Positions 9,836-19,632 of a DNA stretch of 64,000 nucleotides are shown here, one piece after another. The DNA comes from an uncultured virus (IMG/VR IMGVR_UViG_3300027241_000181) (lineage: Duplodnaviria; Heunggongvirae; Uroviricota; Caudoviricetes). The notes below the pieces were generated by a model. That model did not search any database and had not been told where the DNA came from. It was given only the letters and a program-made list of their open reading frames with translations. The translations under genes and the position numbers were made by a program. The stretch lies in IMG/VR virus record IMGVR_UViG_3300027241_000181; one strand, given 5' to 3'. Position 1 is the first letter of the stretch. Each line of letters begins with the position of its first letter.

Positions 9836-9859
9836 AACCCGCTTTGAGCGGGTTTTTTT
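9836..9859 (+). terminator. Intrinsic terminator
   Basis: AACCCGCT-TTG-AGCGGGTT followed by a T-tract. Confidence 0.85.
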
Positions 9860-9914
9860 ATGTGAAACAAATTACCAATTTTACTATACAATAACTAAAC
9901 GAAAATAATTAAGC

Positions 9915-10664
9915 ATGAAAATTCAAATCAATCGCGTAGATCAGAACCAATTCGTAGAGTTCGTTAATCGCCTGAAGTCAATCGATTCATTCCTGTACTT
10001 CAAGTTGCGTAACGGTAACATTCAATCTGCGGTTTATCTACCACAACGTGATGCAGTTAAAATGCATTCACAGCCAATTTCAGAGTTGTTCACTGTCGAT
10101 GGTGATCTTCCTGAAGGTAAGGAAATCAAAGTTGCTTTCTTTGACGCTAACAAAGTTCTTGAAGCAATTAAGATGTTTGGTTCAGATCAAATCTCAGCAG
10201 AGATCGAATTGATCGAGAACGAAGAAGACTATGTATCATCTACAATGAAGATTTTCAATAATGAACTTGAAATCACACTAGTTTGTTCTGAACCTTCTCT
10301 TGGTTTCAAAGATCTTACAGATTCTCAAATTGAAGGCATCTTTTCACGTGAAGGGTCGGCATTTGATTTTACGCTTGACACTTTCACACTTGGTAAAATC
10401 AAGTCACTGTTTAATCTTGATAAAGATGAAACGTTTGAAATTAAAGCGAATGGCGAAGGTGTTCGAGTTAAAGGTAAGACTTATAACTATCAAGCAGGTT
10501 CAGAGTACAATGGTCAATCAGCTTCTGCAACCCTTTACAAAAAGTATTTGAATCTTCTAGACCGTGAAGAGTACGCAGTTTACGTATCAGCAAATAAGGT
10601 TGTTATGAAGTCTAATGACTCTAACACATTGTTGACGATTGCTACTTGTCAAACGGCTGAATAA
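9915..10664 (+). CDS. Probable sliding clamp (gp45-like)
   Basis: 249 aa, acidic, alternating beta/alpha pattern; translationally coupled (TAATG) to the polymerase C-subunit; clamp loader genes are present in the window. Confidence 0.55.
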   Translation: MKIQINRVDQNQFVEFVNRLKSIDSFLYFKLRNGNIQSAVYLPQRDAVKMHSQPISELFTVDGDLPEGKEIKVAFFDANKVLEAIKMFGSDQISAEIELIENEEDYVSSTMKIFNNELEITLVCSEPSLGFKDLTDSQIEGIFSREGSAFDFTLDTFTLGKIKSLFNLDKDETFEIKANGEGVRVKGKTYNYQAGSEYNGQSASATLYKKYLNLLDREEYAVYVSANKVVMKSNDSNTLLTIATCQTAE

Positions 10665-11872
10665 TGACTTTAGAAGAACTAAAGAATACTTCCCTAGATC
10701 GACTAGGAAAAGACGAGCTACAAAGCTTGGTGGACTATTATCAAAAAGAGTCCGCCAAGTTTACGGCTTATGAGCAAGCGGTTAAGGTAACGCTAAACTC
10801 AGTTTACGGTGCATTTGGTAATAAGTGGTTTCACTTCTTTAATCTAGATATTGCCGAATCAATTACCTTACAGGGTCAAAACGCTATCCTGTATTCTGAA
10901 CAAGTATTAAATAAGTACTTTCATGATTTTTGGCATAAAGACACTAAGTTACACGAACACATCGGCGTAACAGTTAAAGGACAATGCCACCGCCCATCTG
11001 TAATTTACATTGATACTGATTCGTGCTACGTACAGTTCGATGAGATGTATAAAACATGTGAATGGACAGGAGAACCGATGACCATTGATACATTCATCCT
11101 AGCAGTATACAATTTTAGAATTAAAGAGTATATTGTTAAAGCAATGGAAAAGTATGCAGTAGCAGCCAACACCGATAACTTCTTAGTTTTTGAGCTAGAA
11201 ACAGTGGCCTACTCTGGCATTTGGATGAGTAAGAAAAAGTACATTCAGGATATTGCGTGGGATGATAAGATTCCTACGACTGAACGCCATAAGCCACTGA
11301 GTAAAGTAAAGACCATTGGATTTGATACCATTCAATCCTCTACTCCTACGTTTGCTAGGGCTAAATTAACAGAGGCCCTTAAGATTATGTTTAATGAAGA
11401 GGCTGGCCCTACAGCAGACACCCTTCAAAAACTTACATCATTCTTAAGCGAAGCCAAGAAGCAGTTCAAGATGGCCAAGCTCGATGAAATTGCGTTCAAT
11501 AAGAGAACAAATAACATTGAAAGATATATTGTTGATGATCATATTGAATTTCAGTTTGGTCTAAAGTGTCCGCCCAACGTAAAGGCTGCAGGATATTACA
11601 ACTTCTTGTTGAACAACAACCAAAAATTCAAATCAAAGTATCGACTGATTGGTAATGGTGAGAAGTTGAAGATCTATCACGCAATTGATCCAGGTGGAAT
11701 TTCAGACGTATTTGCATACCTTCCAGGAGATCATCCTTATGAATTTGCGCCACAGGTTGATTACGAAACACAGTTTGAAAAATCAATCATTGATCCCTTG
11801 AATCGATTGTTAACGTCAGTTGGATTACAGTCCATTAATCGTAATCTAATTTACTCAACTTCTTTGTTCTAA
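10664..11872 (+). CDS. gp43B: Family-B DNA polymerase, C-terminal subunit (motifs B and C, thumb)
   Basis: Motif B KVTLNSVYGAFGN, AESITLQGQ, motif C YIDTDS, KKKY, SSTP and QFEK..IDPL. Confidence 0.9.
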   Translation: MTLEELKNTSLDRLGKDELQSLVDYYQKESAKFTAYEQAVKVTLNSVYGAFGNKWFHFFNLDIAESITLQGQNAILYSEQVLNKYFHDFWHKDTKLHEHIGVTVKGQCHRPSVIYIDTDSCYVQFDEMYKTCEWTGEPMTIDTFILAVYNFRIKEYIVKAMEKYAVAANTDNFLVFELETVAYSGIWMSKKKYIQDIAWDDKIPTTERHKPLSKVKTIGFDTIQSSTPTFARAKLTEALKIMFNEEAGPTADTLQKLTSFLSEAKKQFKMAKLDEIAFNKRTNNIERYIVDDHIEFQFGLKCPPNVKAAGYYNFLLNNNQKFKSKYRLIGNGEKLKIYHAIDPGGISDVFAYLPGDHPYEFAPQVDYETQFEKSIIDPLNRLLTSVGLQSINRNLIYSTSLF

Positions 11873-11896
11873 ACAAAACACATTCACGTAGTATAA
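11870..11896 (+). promoter_or_regulatory. Bipartite phage promoter
   Basis: TAAAC-N16-GTATAA. Confidence 0.65.
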
Positions 11897-11913
11897 ATTA
11901 AAATACACTAATC

Positions 11914-12042
11914 ATGGAAGATAATAAACTCATGACCCAATTAGTTGAACTTCACACTGAAAATCCAAACGACATGGAATTTGGAGCATCTGTTCGCAAA
12001 CTAGTATGGGATTACATCCAGCAAAACAGTCCAGCTTACTAA
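11914..12042 (+). CDS. 42-aa hypothetical protein; not in the ORF track
   Basis: Manual translation MEDNKLMTQLVELHTENPNDMEFGASVRKLV...; lies directly after a promoter motif. Confidence 0.55.
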   Translation: MEDNKLMTQLVELHTENPNDMEFGASVRKLVWDYIQQNSPAY

Positions 12043-12046
12043 AAAT

Positions 12047-12256
12047 ATGGCACTCAGACCAAGAGACCTTGAAGGTCTATCACAAAACGAAATATTCTTT
12101 GTTGAACGATATGATTTCATTTACCGTGAGTTGAATCGTCTACAGGATAACATGTCAAAGATTGAAATCGAGACAGGTAAACTATTAACAGAGCTTCAAG
12201 CTCTTCGAGAAAAAGAACAACAAACCCTAGAAAACAATGGCGAAGAAATTAACTGA
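12047..12256 (+). CDS. Small coiled-coil hypothetical protein
   Basis: 69-aa ORF overlapping the uvsX start. Confidence 0.55.
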   Translation: MALRPRDLEGLSQNEIFFVERYDFIYRELNRLQDNMSKIEIETGKLLTELQALREKEQQTLENNGEEIN

Positions 12257-13361
12257 ATTCACATTTGAAGATCTTAACGCAGAGTTGAAGGACATCAATC
12301 CGTTAGGTTCTATCATGGAACACTCTTCTTTTAGTGAAGTTACAGAGTGGATCGACACCGGCAACTATAACCTGAACGCATGTATCTCAGGGTCTGTGTT
12401 TGGCGGATGGCCAAATAATAGAGCATGTTCGGTTGCTGGTCCTTCAGGAACGGGTAAGACATATTTGATGTTGAACACGGTGAAGAGGGCAATTGACATG
12501 GGCTACAGTATCATCTATTATGATTCTGAAGCTGCGGTGGATCGAGATCAAATGAAGAAGTTTGGCATTGATACAAACAAAGTTAACTATCAACCCGTTA
12601 ATACGGTTCAAGATTTCCGTACTTCAGTCACCCGCATCACCAAGAAAATGCAAGATGCAAAAGCATCAGGCGCAGAATTGCCTAAGATCCTAATTATTCT
12701 TGATTCTGCCGGTAACCTTGCAACCGCAAAGGAAATTGACGATGCTGCATCGGGGTCTGATAAGTCGGATATGACACGTTCAAAGGTTCTAAAGTCAATC
12801 TTTAGAATTATCATGACTCCGATGGCAGATCTAAAGATTCCTTTCTTGTTCACCAACCACACATATCAATCACAATCCTTTATCCCAACTCAAATTGCAG
12901 GTGGAGGTACAGGTCCTGAATATGCAGCGTCAATCGTTTTATTCTTGAACAAGGCACAATTGAAAGAAGGAGATCAGAAAGCAGGTATTATCGTTACTGC
13001 GTCACCTAACAAGAACCGTTTCGCTAAACCTTCAAAGATCAAGTTTCACTTGCACTTCTCTAAAGGCATGAACCGTTACGTTGGTCTTGAAAACTACGTA
13101 TCATGGGATATTTGCGGTGTCGATCGAGGAACTATCGATCCTAAGACCGGTGAGAAGATCTTAAAGAAAACTGCACGCACTTGGGTTTGTGAACACCTTG
13201 ACGAAGCAGTCGATAACAAAGACTTCTTCACTGATAAGGTATTCACGACTGAGGTTCTAAAGAGAATCGATGCACACATTCAACCGATCTTCAACTACAA
13301 TATGGAAGAGATCGAAGATATAAACATTGATGAGATCTTAGAAGATGTTGCTAACGATTAA
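12237..13361 (+). CDS. uvsX: RecA-like recombinase (UvsX)
   Basis: IDTG...LN..ISG, Walker A GPSGTGKT, YYDSE, ILDS.GNL, TNHTY and GGG.G..Y. Confidence 0.92.
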   Translation: MAKKLTEFTFEDLNAELKDINPLGSIMEHSSFSEVTEWIDTGNYNLNACISGSVFGGWPNNRACSVAGPSGTGKTYLMLNTVKRAIDMGYSIIYYDSEAAVDRDQMKKFGIDTNKVNYQPVNTVQDFRTSVTRITKKMQDAKASGAELPKILIILDSAGNLATAKEIDDAASGSDKSDMTRSKVLKSIFRIIMTPMADLKIPFLFTNHTYQSQSFIPTQIAGGGTGPEYAASIVLFLNKAQLKEGDQKAGIIVTASPNKNRFAKPSKIKFHLHFSKGMNRYVGLENYVSWDICGVDRGTIDPKTGEKILKKTARTWVCEHLDEAVDNKDFFTDKVFTTEVLKRIDAHIQPIFNYNMEEIEDINIDEILEDVAND

Positions 13362-13650
13362 CGAAGATCGTCTCCCAATTAAATTTATCCTAGGGATTGA
13401 AAAGGATCTGGAAAGTTATCCAGATCCTTTTGACATCTTACATTTCTATATCAATCTGGCCTATCGTAATCCAGATCGTTATAAGGATAGTTTTACCAAA
13501 CATGCTGTAGTCCAATATCACTTCAAAGACTTTTCACCAGAAGTGATCGATGCATCTCTAAATAAACTATTAGAAGAAGGTTATTTAGAACAGACTAAAG
13601 ATCAACCGGGCAAAGAAGCCTACAAAATTATAATAAATCCATTCGAATGA
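13345..13650 (+). CDS. Hypothetical protein, possible winged helix
   Basis: C-terminal SLNKLLEEGYLE...AYKII pattern. Confidence 0.5.
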   Translation: MLLTINEDRLPIKFILGIEKDLESYPDPFDILHFYINLAYRNPDRYKDSFTKHAVVQYHFKDFSPEVIDASLNKLLEEGYLEQTKDQPGKEAYKIIINPFE

Positions 13651-14222
13651 TTGTAGTAATTGATAACTTCGTAAAAGATGAAATGTTGCTTAAAGATATT
13701 GCAGCTGATCAAACTTTTTTTGCCGATCCCGGTGTTTATTATTACTGGGGAGGATGGTGGGATTCATCAGCTAATACAATTAAGAAAAGATTGATTGAAT
13801 ATATTTGGGGACATAATTGTCCAATCAATGAGAGCTTTAATATCAATGGATTTGAATATTGGACTGGAATTCAAACTGCTAATCCAGAAAAAGGATTCAA
13901 AAATATTCTTGGAAATCATTACGATAAAGATGAAGCTTGGTTTGAAAAAACTGGTGCTATTGTGATTCCATTAATAGGAACAGTATATTATCCAGCAGGT
14001 CAAGAATTTGAAGGTGGAGAATTAGCAATTTACACAGACGGAGTGAACTCTCCACCTGAGATCGTAAAGGCTAAACCTAATCGATTAATTATCTTTGGAG
14101 CAGGCAATTATGTTCATGAAGTTAAACCAGTAACGAGTGGAACTCGACATGCAATTGCAATTAATCTATGGGAAAATGAACCATATAGTAAACAAGTTGG
14201 TCAATTTCGTATAGAAGCCTAA
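13647..14222 (+). CDS. 2OG-Fe(II) oxygenase (prolyl-4-hydroxylase-like)
   Basis: HxD (HYD), GGEL, PNRLIIF, distal His (HEV) and Arg (GTR) motifs. Confidence 0.85.
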   Translation: MIVVIDNFVKDEMLLKDIAADQTFFADPGVYYYWGGWWDSSANTIKKRLIEYIWGHNCPINESFNINGFEYWTGIQTANPEKGFKNILGNHYDKDEAWFEKTGAIVIPLIGTVYYPAGQEFEGGELAIYTDGVNSPPEIVKAKPNRLIIFGAGNYVHEVKPVTSGTRHAIAINLWENEPYSKQVGQFRIEA

Positions 14223-14235
14223 AATATACTCAATA

Positions 14236-15549
14236 ATGCAGTTCGGTCAAGATTTTGAAAAGATATTCTTTAAGCTATCTCTACAGAGGGTAAAGTATTT
14301 AGATACCATCAAGGGTGGTTTCTACACTTCTGAAGAGATTGATCACTTATCTAAATTAGCTCACAAGTTCTACGAGCGGTTTCACGAGACTCCTTCTAAG
14401 GATCAGATGAAGCTACTCGTTAAGAGTTCAAAGCAAAAAGAAAAGGTAAGTGATGAAATGATTGACCTCATCTATGATGTCAATCTACATGAATACGATG
14501 ACGAATGGTTGACCTCAACCGCAGAGTCTTGGATCAAATGGCGCAACTTCAATGAATCTCTCGCAGATTCAATCGAGTTCATTAAGACCACTACAGTTAC
14601 ACCTGAAAACGTTGATGCTTTAGTCAATAAGTTTAAAGGTCTAATCAATGACCGTAACTCAATTAACTTTGATTCTAACCTGGGTCTAGACTTCTTTGAC
14701 CCTAATGCCCACGATCAAAAAGAAACTGAAAAGGTAAGTTCGGGTTACAACTTTATTGACCGTCTTCTTGGCGGTGGATATGATAGAGGTGGTAACTTAA
14801 TTGTTTACGTTGGTGAACAAAACATCGGTAAGTCAATCTTTCTAGCGAATGATGCTGCAACCGCTGTTAAAATGGGTCACAACACTGCGGTCATTACTGC
14901 AGAAATGGCGGACCATAAGTTTGTAAAACGTATTGGTTCAAACCTTCTATCAATTCCAATCAACGAGTACCAGGAAAAGTCAAAGAATAAGGACTACATT
15001 CAACGTAGATTGGAAACTGTTGGTAATGGTCTAACTCCTCCTGGAAATCTATTCGTTAAACAGTTTCCAACTTCACAGGCGACGGTTCTCGATATTGAAT
15101 CGTACCTCAAACAAGTTGAAGAAGAAAAGAAAGTAAAACTAAATGTAATCGTAATTGACTACATTAACATTCTTTCAAATTACAGAAATCCAAACTCGGA
15201 GAACACCTATCTGAAAATCAAACAGATCGCTGAAGATCTTCGTGCAATGGGAGTTCGTAACAATTGGCTAATTGTTACAGCGACACAGATCACGCGTTCA
15301 GGATATAATGCATCTGACATCTCAATGTCTGACGTTGCGGAATCTGCAGGTCTATCACACACTGCAGATGTAATGTTGGGTATTATTCAAGATGATTTGA
15401 TGCGAGCGAACTTTGAGTACTGGTTGAAAATCCTAAAGATCAGAGATGGTGAAGGTAAGGGTACAAAATGTAGGTTGATAATCAACTATAATATGATGAG
15501 ACTAAACGAAACCGAGGACATCACCGGTTCAAACATACATACACTATAA
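14236..15549 (+). CDS. gp41: Replicative DnaB-like helicase (gp41)
   Basis: Walker A GEQNIGKS, TAEM, IVIDYINI, TATQITR, AESAGL..TAD and LKIRDG. Confidence 0.92.
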   Translation: MQFGQDFEKIFFKLSLQRVKYLDTIKGGFYTSEEIDHLSKLAHKFYERFHETPSKDQMKLLVKSSKQKEKVSDEMIDLIYDVNLHEYDDEWLTSTAESWIKWRNFNESLADSIEFIKTTTVTPENVDALVNKFKGLINDRNSINFDSNLGLDFFDPNAHDQKETEKVSSGYNFIDRLLGGGYDRGGNLIVYVGEQNIGKSIFLANDAATAVKMGHNTAVITAEMADHKFVKRIGSNLLSIPINEYQEKSKNKDYIQRRLETVGNGLTPPGNLFVKQFPTSQATVLDIESYLKQVEEEKKVKLNVIVIDYINILSNYRNPNSENTYLKIKQIAEDLRAMGVRNNWLIVTATQITRSGYNASDISMSDVAESAGLSHTADVMLGIIQDDLMRANFEYWLKILKIRDGEGKGTKCRLIINYNMMRLNETEDITGSNIHTL

Positions 15550-15552
15550 GAT

Positions 15553-15999
15553 ATGTCACGCGAAAGACACGATAAAATATTTGACAACAACTTCGAATCA
15601 ACTGAATTCGAATTGGATGGCTCCATGACCTTTAACCTCAGTCCACAATGGACTGATGATCGACCTGAAGAAGAAAAGATTCAACAGCGAATCCTACAGG
15701 AAAAGATTCACGCTCTAATTGAATCTTCACGATTCAAAACCTTTAATGATCTAGACGAGTTCTCAGATTCACGTAAGTTGAAGAAGAACGACATCAATAG
15801 CGTTTATGATTACATTGAAGGAGAACTTGTACGTAACCACTCTAGAATTGAAATCTTTTCTGAGTTATGCGATTACTTTAACGTTCACCCAACCAAGTTC
15901 TATAATTCCCTATCAAACACCTTTAAGGAGGGTTTGATTGAAGAACTTGACAACAAAACAGGAATTCTTAAGAAGAAGAACATTAACCGATTATTCTAA
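15553..15999 (+). CDS. Hypothetical protein, possibly a gp33-like late-transcription coactivator
   Basis: C-terminal half (EIFSELCDYF...LSNTFKEGLIEEL...INRLF) weakly recalls gp33; ends in an xxLF motif. Confidence 0.35.
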   Translation: MSRERHDKIFDNNFESTEFELDGSMTFNLSPQWTDDRPEEEKIQQRILQEKIHALIESSRFKTFNDLDEFSDSRKLKKNDINSVYDYIEGELVRNHSRIEIFSELCDYFNVHPTKFYNSLSNTFKEGLIEELDNKTGILKKKNINRLF

Positions 16000-17123
16000 T
16001 GATCGATCAGAAAACACTTCAACAACCCGTTAAAAGGGTGTGGATCCTAGGTGATATGCACTTAGGGGTTCGTGCCAATTCTCAGGAGTGGTTGGAAATT
16101 CAACAGGACTTTTACGATAAGGTGTTTATTCCAACCCTTGAAAAGAACGTTCAACCTGGTGATGTGTTGGTTCAGGTTGGTGATGCATTTGACAATCGTC
16201 AGTCCATCAACCTAAAGGTTCTCCACTATGCAATCAACCTGTTCGAAAGACTGGGTAAGATTCTACCTACACATGTTATTGTTGGTAACCACGACATTTG
16301 GGCCAAGAAATCTAATGACGTGTCTGCGATTGATTCAATCAAGTGGATCCCAGGTGTACAGGTTTATAAAGACCCGATCGAATATAAGTGGTTAGACAAG
16401 AAGATCTTACTGATGCCATGGAGAAGAGACGTTGATCATGAGTCTGAAACCCTCGCTGAGTTTCCTAACTCTAACATCGTTTTCTGTCACTCAGAAGTAC
16501 GTGGCGTTGCATTGAATTCAAAGGTTAAGAATGAACACGGGTCTGACTCTCAAAACTTTGATCGTTATGACGCAGTGTATTCAGGTCACATTCACTACCG
16601 TCAAAAGAAAGGACAACTCCGAATGGTTGGTACTCCGTACCAACTAACCCGTTCAGATTCTGGAAACCCTAAAGGATTTGACCTGGTTGACTTGTCAACA
16701 ATGGAAGAAACCTTCTTTGAGAACAAGTATTCACCCAAGTTTGTAAAGTACAACATTACTACACTGTACAATACCACTCTAGGTGACTTTAAGAAACACA
16801 TTGACAATAACTTTGTTGATCTGTACATTCCAAGTTCGATTGCACAGACTGCATCCCTTGGCACCCTAATTCAGAAGATTCAAAAGTCCGCTCGACGAAT
16901 CGAACCCAACATCTATCAGGAACAAGACATCATCGACAAGGATCTGTATGATATGGATGAGATTGAAGGACAGTACAAAAATTATAACATCCAACACCTA
17001 TTCAGAACCTACGTAGATGGGTTACCTCATGACGATGAAATGAAACAAAAGATACATCAGACTCTAAAAGATCTACATGACAGATGTGTCTATAACTACG
17101 AGGTAAACACTGAGGAAGGATGA
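15999..17123 (+). CDS. gp47: Recombination endonuclease, Mre11/SbcD-like (gp47)
   Basis: GDMHLG, GDAFD, GNHD, CH and SGHIH phosphoesterase motifs. Confidence 0.92.
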   Translation: MIDQKTLQQPVKRVWILGDMHLGVRANSQEWLEIQQDFYDKVFIPTLEKNVQPGDVLVQVGDAFDNRQSINLKVLHYAINLFERLGKILPTHVIVGNHDIWAKKSNDVSAIDSIKWIPGVQVYKDPIEYKWLDKKILLMPWRRDVDHESETLAEFPNSNIVFCHSEVRGVALNSKVKNEHGSDSQNFDRYDAVYSGHIHYRQKKGQLRMVGTPYQLTRSDSGNPKGFDLVDLSTMEETFFENKYSPKFVKYNITTLYNTTLGDFKKHIDNNFVDLYIPSSIAQTASLGTLIQKIQKSARRIEPNIYQEQDIIDKDLYDMDEIEGQYKNYNIQHLFRTYVDGLPHDDEMKQKIHQTLKDLHDRCVYNYEVNTEEG

Positions 17124-18793
17124 AGATTAAGTCGATAGAGTTTAAGAACATCGCATCTTACGGAAACAAGGTTCAAAAGATTGAATTCTCTGACGATAAG
17201 GCGGAGTTGTATTTGACCCTGGGTAAAAACGGTGACGGTAAGACCACCATTGCGAATGCAATCATCTTTGCCCTGTATGGTAAGGTTGAAGGTGTTCGAA
17301 TGTCAGATCTTCCAAACCGTATTAACCGTGAATTATGGGTTCGTATCAAACTTCAGTGTGGTACGATGGACATTGAGATTGAACGTGGTCTTGCACCCTC
17401 TAGGTTCTCAGTCCTAGTTAATGGGGTTGAGTTTGACAAAGCGGGTAAGAGATCAGTTCAAGAGTATCTTGAAGAAGAGGTGTATGGAATTCCATATCAC
17501 GTATTCAAGAACATTATTATCCTATCAATCAACGACTTTAAATCCTTCTTGACCATGTCCCCAATGGACAAGAAACAGATCATTGACCGTATGTTTGGGT
17601 TCTCAATCCTGAACGACATGCAACGAACCGTTAAGGAGGAACGTAAGAACCTAAAGACGGATATTGATTCGTATGACACTGAACTGCGACAGATTGAAGA
17701 ATCAATCGTTCAGGTTAAAATGAAGTTGAATCAATTACAAGCGGAGAGTGATGAAAAGTCCAAGGGTCAGATTGAAAAATTAAAGTCACAACTGGTAAAG
17801 TTTGATGACAATCGTAAGAAACTTGAAGAGGCAAGAGATCAGATCACTGACAGGATTGGCACGTTTGAAACTGATCTTGAAACCAAGACCTCAAGTTACA
17901 CCAAACTAAAGTACGAACTTGAATCTGCGAAGAGAAAACTGTCCCTATACGAGAACAACACCTGTCCAACTTGTGAAGCACCTTTAGATTCTGAATTTCA
18001 CGTTCACAAGAAAAAGGAGTACAAAGACCGAGTTAATGAAACTCCAGAACAACTTCAAAAGGCGGAACAAGAGGTTCAATTAATCAAACAAAAGATTAAT
18101 GATACTCGTGTTAAAGAACGTGCGGTCTTAGATAAGGTTTCAACCCTGAATACCAACATTCGTTCAATCAAGAATGAGTTGATTAAGATCAAAGAAACGG
18201 TTGGGGCATCAGAACAGTTTGAATCCTTGAACTCCCTAATTCGTGAGTTTGAAGACCAAGAGGTTCAAAAGAGTCAGGATAAGTCTAAACACTCTAATGA
18301 TTATCAGTTCTTAGAGTTGATTGAATCAATCCTAGGTGAAGACGGTGTGAAGAATCTAGCGGTTAAGACTATTCTACCTGGATTGAACACCAACATCGCT
18401 GCAATGGCGAACACAATGCACCTTCCGTTCCACATTCGATTCAATGACAAGTTTGATTGTATCATTACCAATCACGGTGAAGAGGTTAACCCAATGACCC
18501 TATCAACCGGTGAACGTAAGAAGGCGGATTTCATTATCATCATTGCCATCATCAAGATCCTAAAACTCAGATTCCCACAATTGAACCTTCTATTCCTTGA
18601 CGAATTGTTGAGTTCTGTTGACCAGGATGGTGTTTACAACATCTTGAAGATTCTATCACAGGTGATCAAAGAAAACCAGATCAACACCTTTGTTATCAAT
18701 CACACCGTTCTACCTCACGAAATCTTTGACAAAAAGTTACAGATCTATCGTGATAACGGGTTCTCGAAGTTCGAGATAGAGTCCATCGAATAA
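17120..18793 (+). CDS. gp46: Recombination ATPase, Rad50/SbcC-like (gp46)
   Basis: GKNGDGKTT, coiled coil with CPTC zinc hook, LSTGE and LFLDE. Confidence 0.92.
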   Translation: MKIKSIEFKNIASYGNKVQKIEFSDDKAELYLTLGKNGDGKTTIANAIIFALYGKVEGVRMSDLPNRINRELWVRIKLQCGTMDIEIERGLAPSRFSVLVNGVEFDKAGKRSVQEYLEEEVYGIPYHVFKNIIILSINDFKSFLTMSPMDKKQIIDRMFGFSILNDMQRTVKEERKNLKTDIDSYDTELRQIEESIVQVKMKLNQLQAESDEKSKGQIEKLKSQLVKFDDNRKKLEEARDQITDRIGTFETDLETKTSSYTKLKYELESAKRKLSLYENNTCPTCEAPLDSEFHVHKKKEYKDRVNETPEQLQKAEQEVQLIKQKINDTRVKERAVLDKVSTLNTNIRSIKNELIKIKETVGASEQFESLNSLIREFEDQEVQKSQDKSKHSNDYQFLELIESILGEDGVKNLAVKTILPGLNTNIAAMANTMHLPFHIRFNDKFDCIITNHGEEVNPMTLSTGERKKADFIIIIAIIKILKLRFPQLNLLFLDELLSSVDQDGVYNILKILSQVIKENQINTFVINHTVLPHEIFDKKLQIYRDNGFSKFEIESIE

Positions 18794-18801
18794 GATATAT
18801 A
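18794..18801 (+). promoter_or_regulatory. Late promoter motif GATATATA
   Basis: Intergenic, directly before the gp15-like gene. Confidence 0.65.
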
Positions 18802-18805
18802 GTGT

Positions 18806-19594
18806 ATGGCAACATACAACGTAAAGTACAACAAGGATGACAGTGTTATTAGACACTTGATCATCGGACTTCTTGCAGACCTTAACAACAAAGTTTACTT
18901 CTATCGTCAGATGGATGCAGATACTCGAGTTGAGGTTGACGTGCCATTCTATTACTCTATTTCTGGAGATGAAGACTTTTTAAAGGATCAGTTTCTGTTC
19001 TTAACCAAGGACGGTTTGAACTGTGCTCCAGGAGATGTTAGAGCGGATGGCAATTATGACATTGTTCCAAGAGGTGTTGCAAACCTAACTTCAATGTCAA
19101 TTGATTCTTCTAAACTGGTTAACAAGAGAACCAGGGGTGAATACGCTAAGATGAACGATCAAGGTGCTATGGAAGGTTACACAGCGGAGTTTGAGATGAT
19201 TCCGGTCAATCTTTCATTTGATATTGAGATTATTACTTCCTCACAACTAGATAACTTTAAGATCACTGAGATGATCATTAAAAGGTTGTATAAGTCAAAC
19301 TACTTTAACGTCGAGGTTGGCCACTTAGATGAAGGCACATATAGAATCTCTTCATACTATGCAATGCCCGAGGACTACACAACCGAGAGACCAATTGAAT
19401 TTACATTCGACTCTAAAGAAGGTTACAAAATTACTTTCTCAGTTGAAGTTAGTTCATTCATTCCATCGTTTGAATTTGAAACTGAAATGCACATTGGTAA
19501 CAGAATGTTTGAAATTCATTCTTACACCACTGAAACTGCGCCCGACAGGTTCGATAGAACTAATGTATCCAATCCCCCGGGCATCGTAGATTAA
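18806..19594 (+). CDS. Tail terminator / sheath stabiliser (gp15-like)
   Basis: IR.LI....L...., VP..Y, VPR..., P..L.F.IEI.T....D.F.I.E pattern of T4 gp15. Confidence 0.65.
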   Translation: MATYNVKYNKDDSVIRHLIIGLLADLNNKVYFYRQMDADTRVEVDVPFYYSISGDEDFLKDQFLFLTKDGLNCAPGDVRADGNYDIVPRGVANLTSMSIDSSKLVNKRTRGEYAKMNDQGAMEGYTAEFEMIPVNLSFDIEIITSSQLDNFKITEMIIKRLYKSNYFNVEVGHLDEGTYRISSYYAMPEDYTTERPIEFTFDSKEGYKITFSVEVSSFIPSFEFETEMHIGNRMFEIHSYTTETAPDRFDRTNVSNPPGIVD

Positions 19595-19632
19595 CTGATA
19601 TATAGTTAAAGATTAAAATAAATCACTCAAAG

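Noticed and set aside
6827..10663. Intron, intein or mobile element interrupting the polymerase
   Set aside because: The interval holds intact nrdB, nrdA and a clamp-like gene with their own signals; no splice, intein, homing endonuclease or transposase motifs
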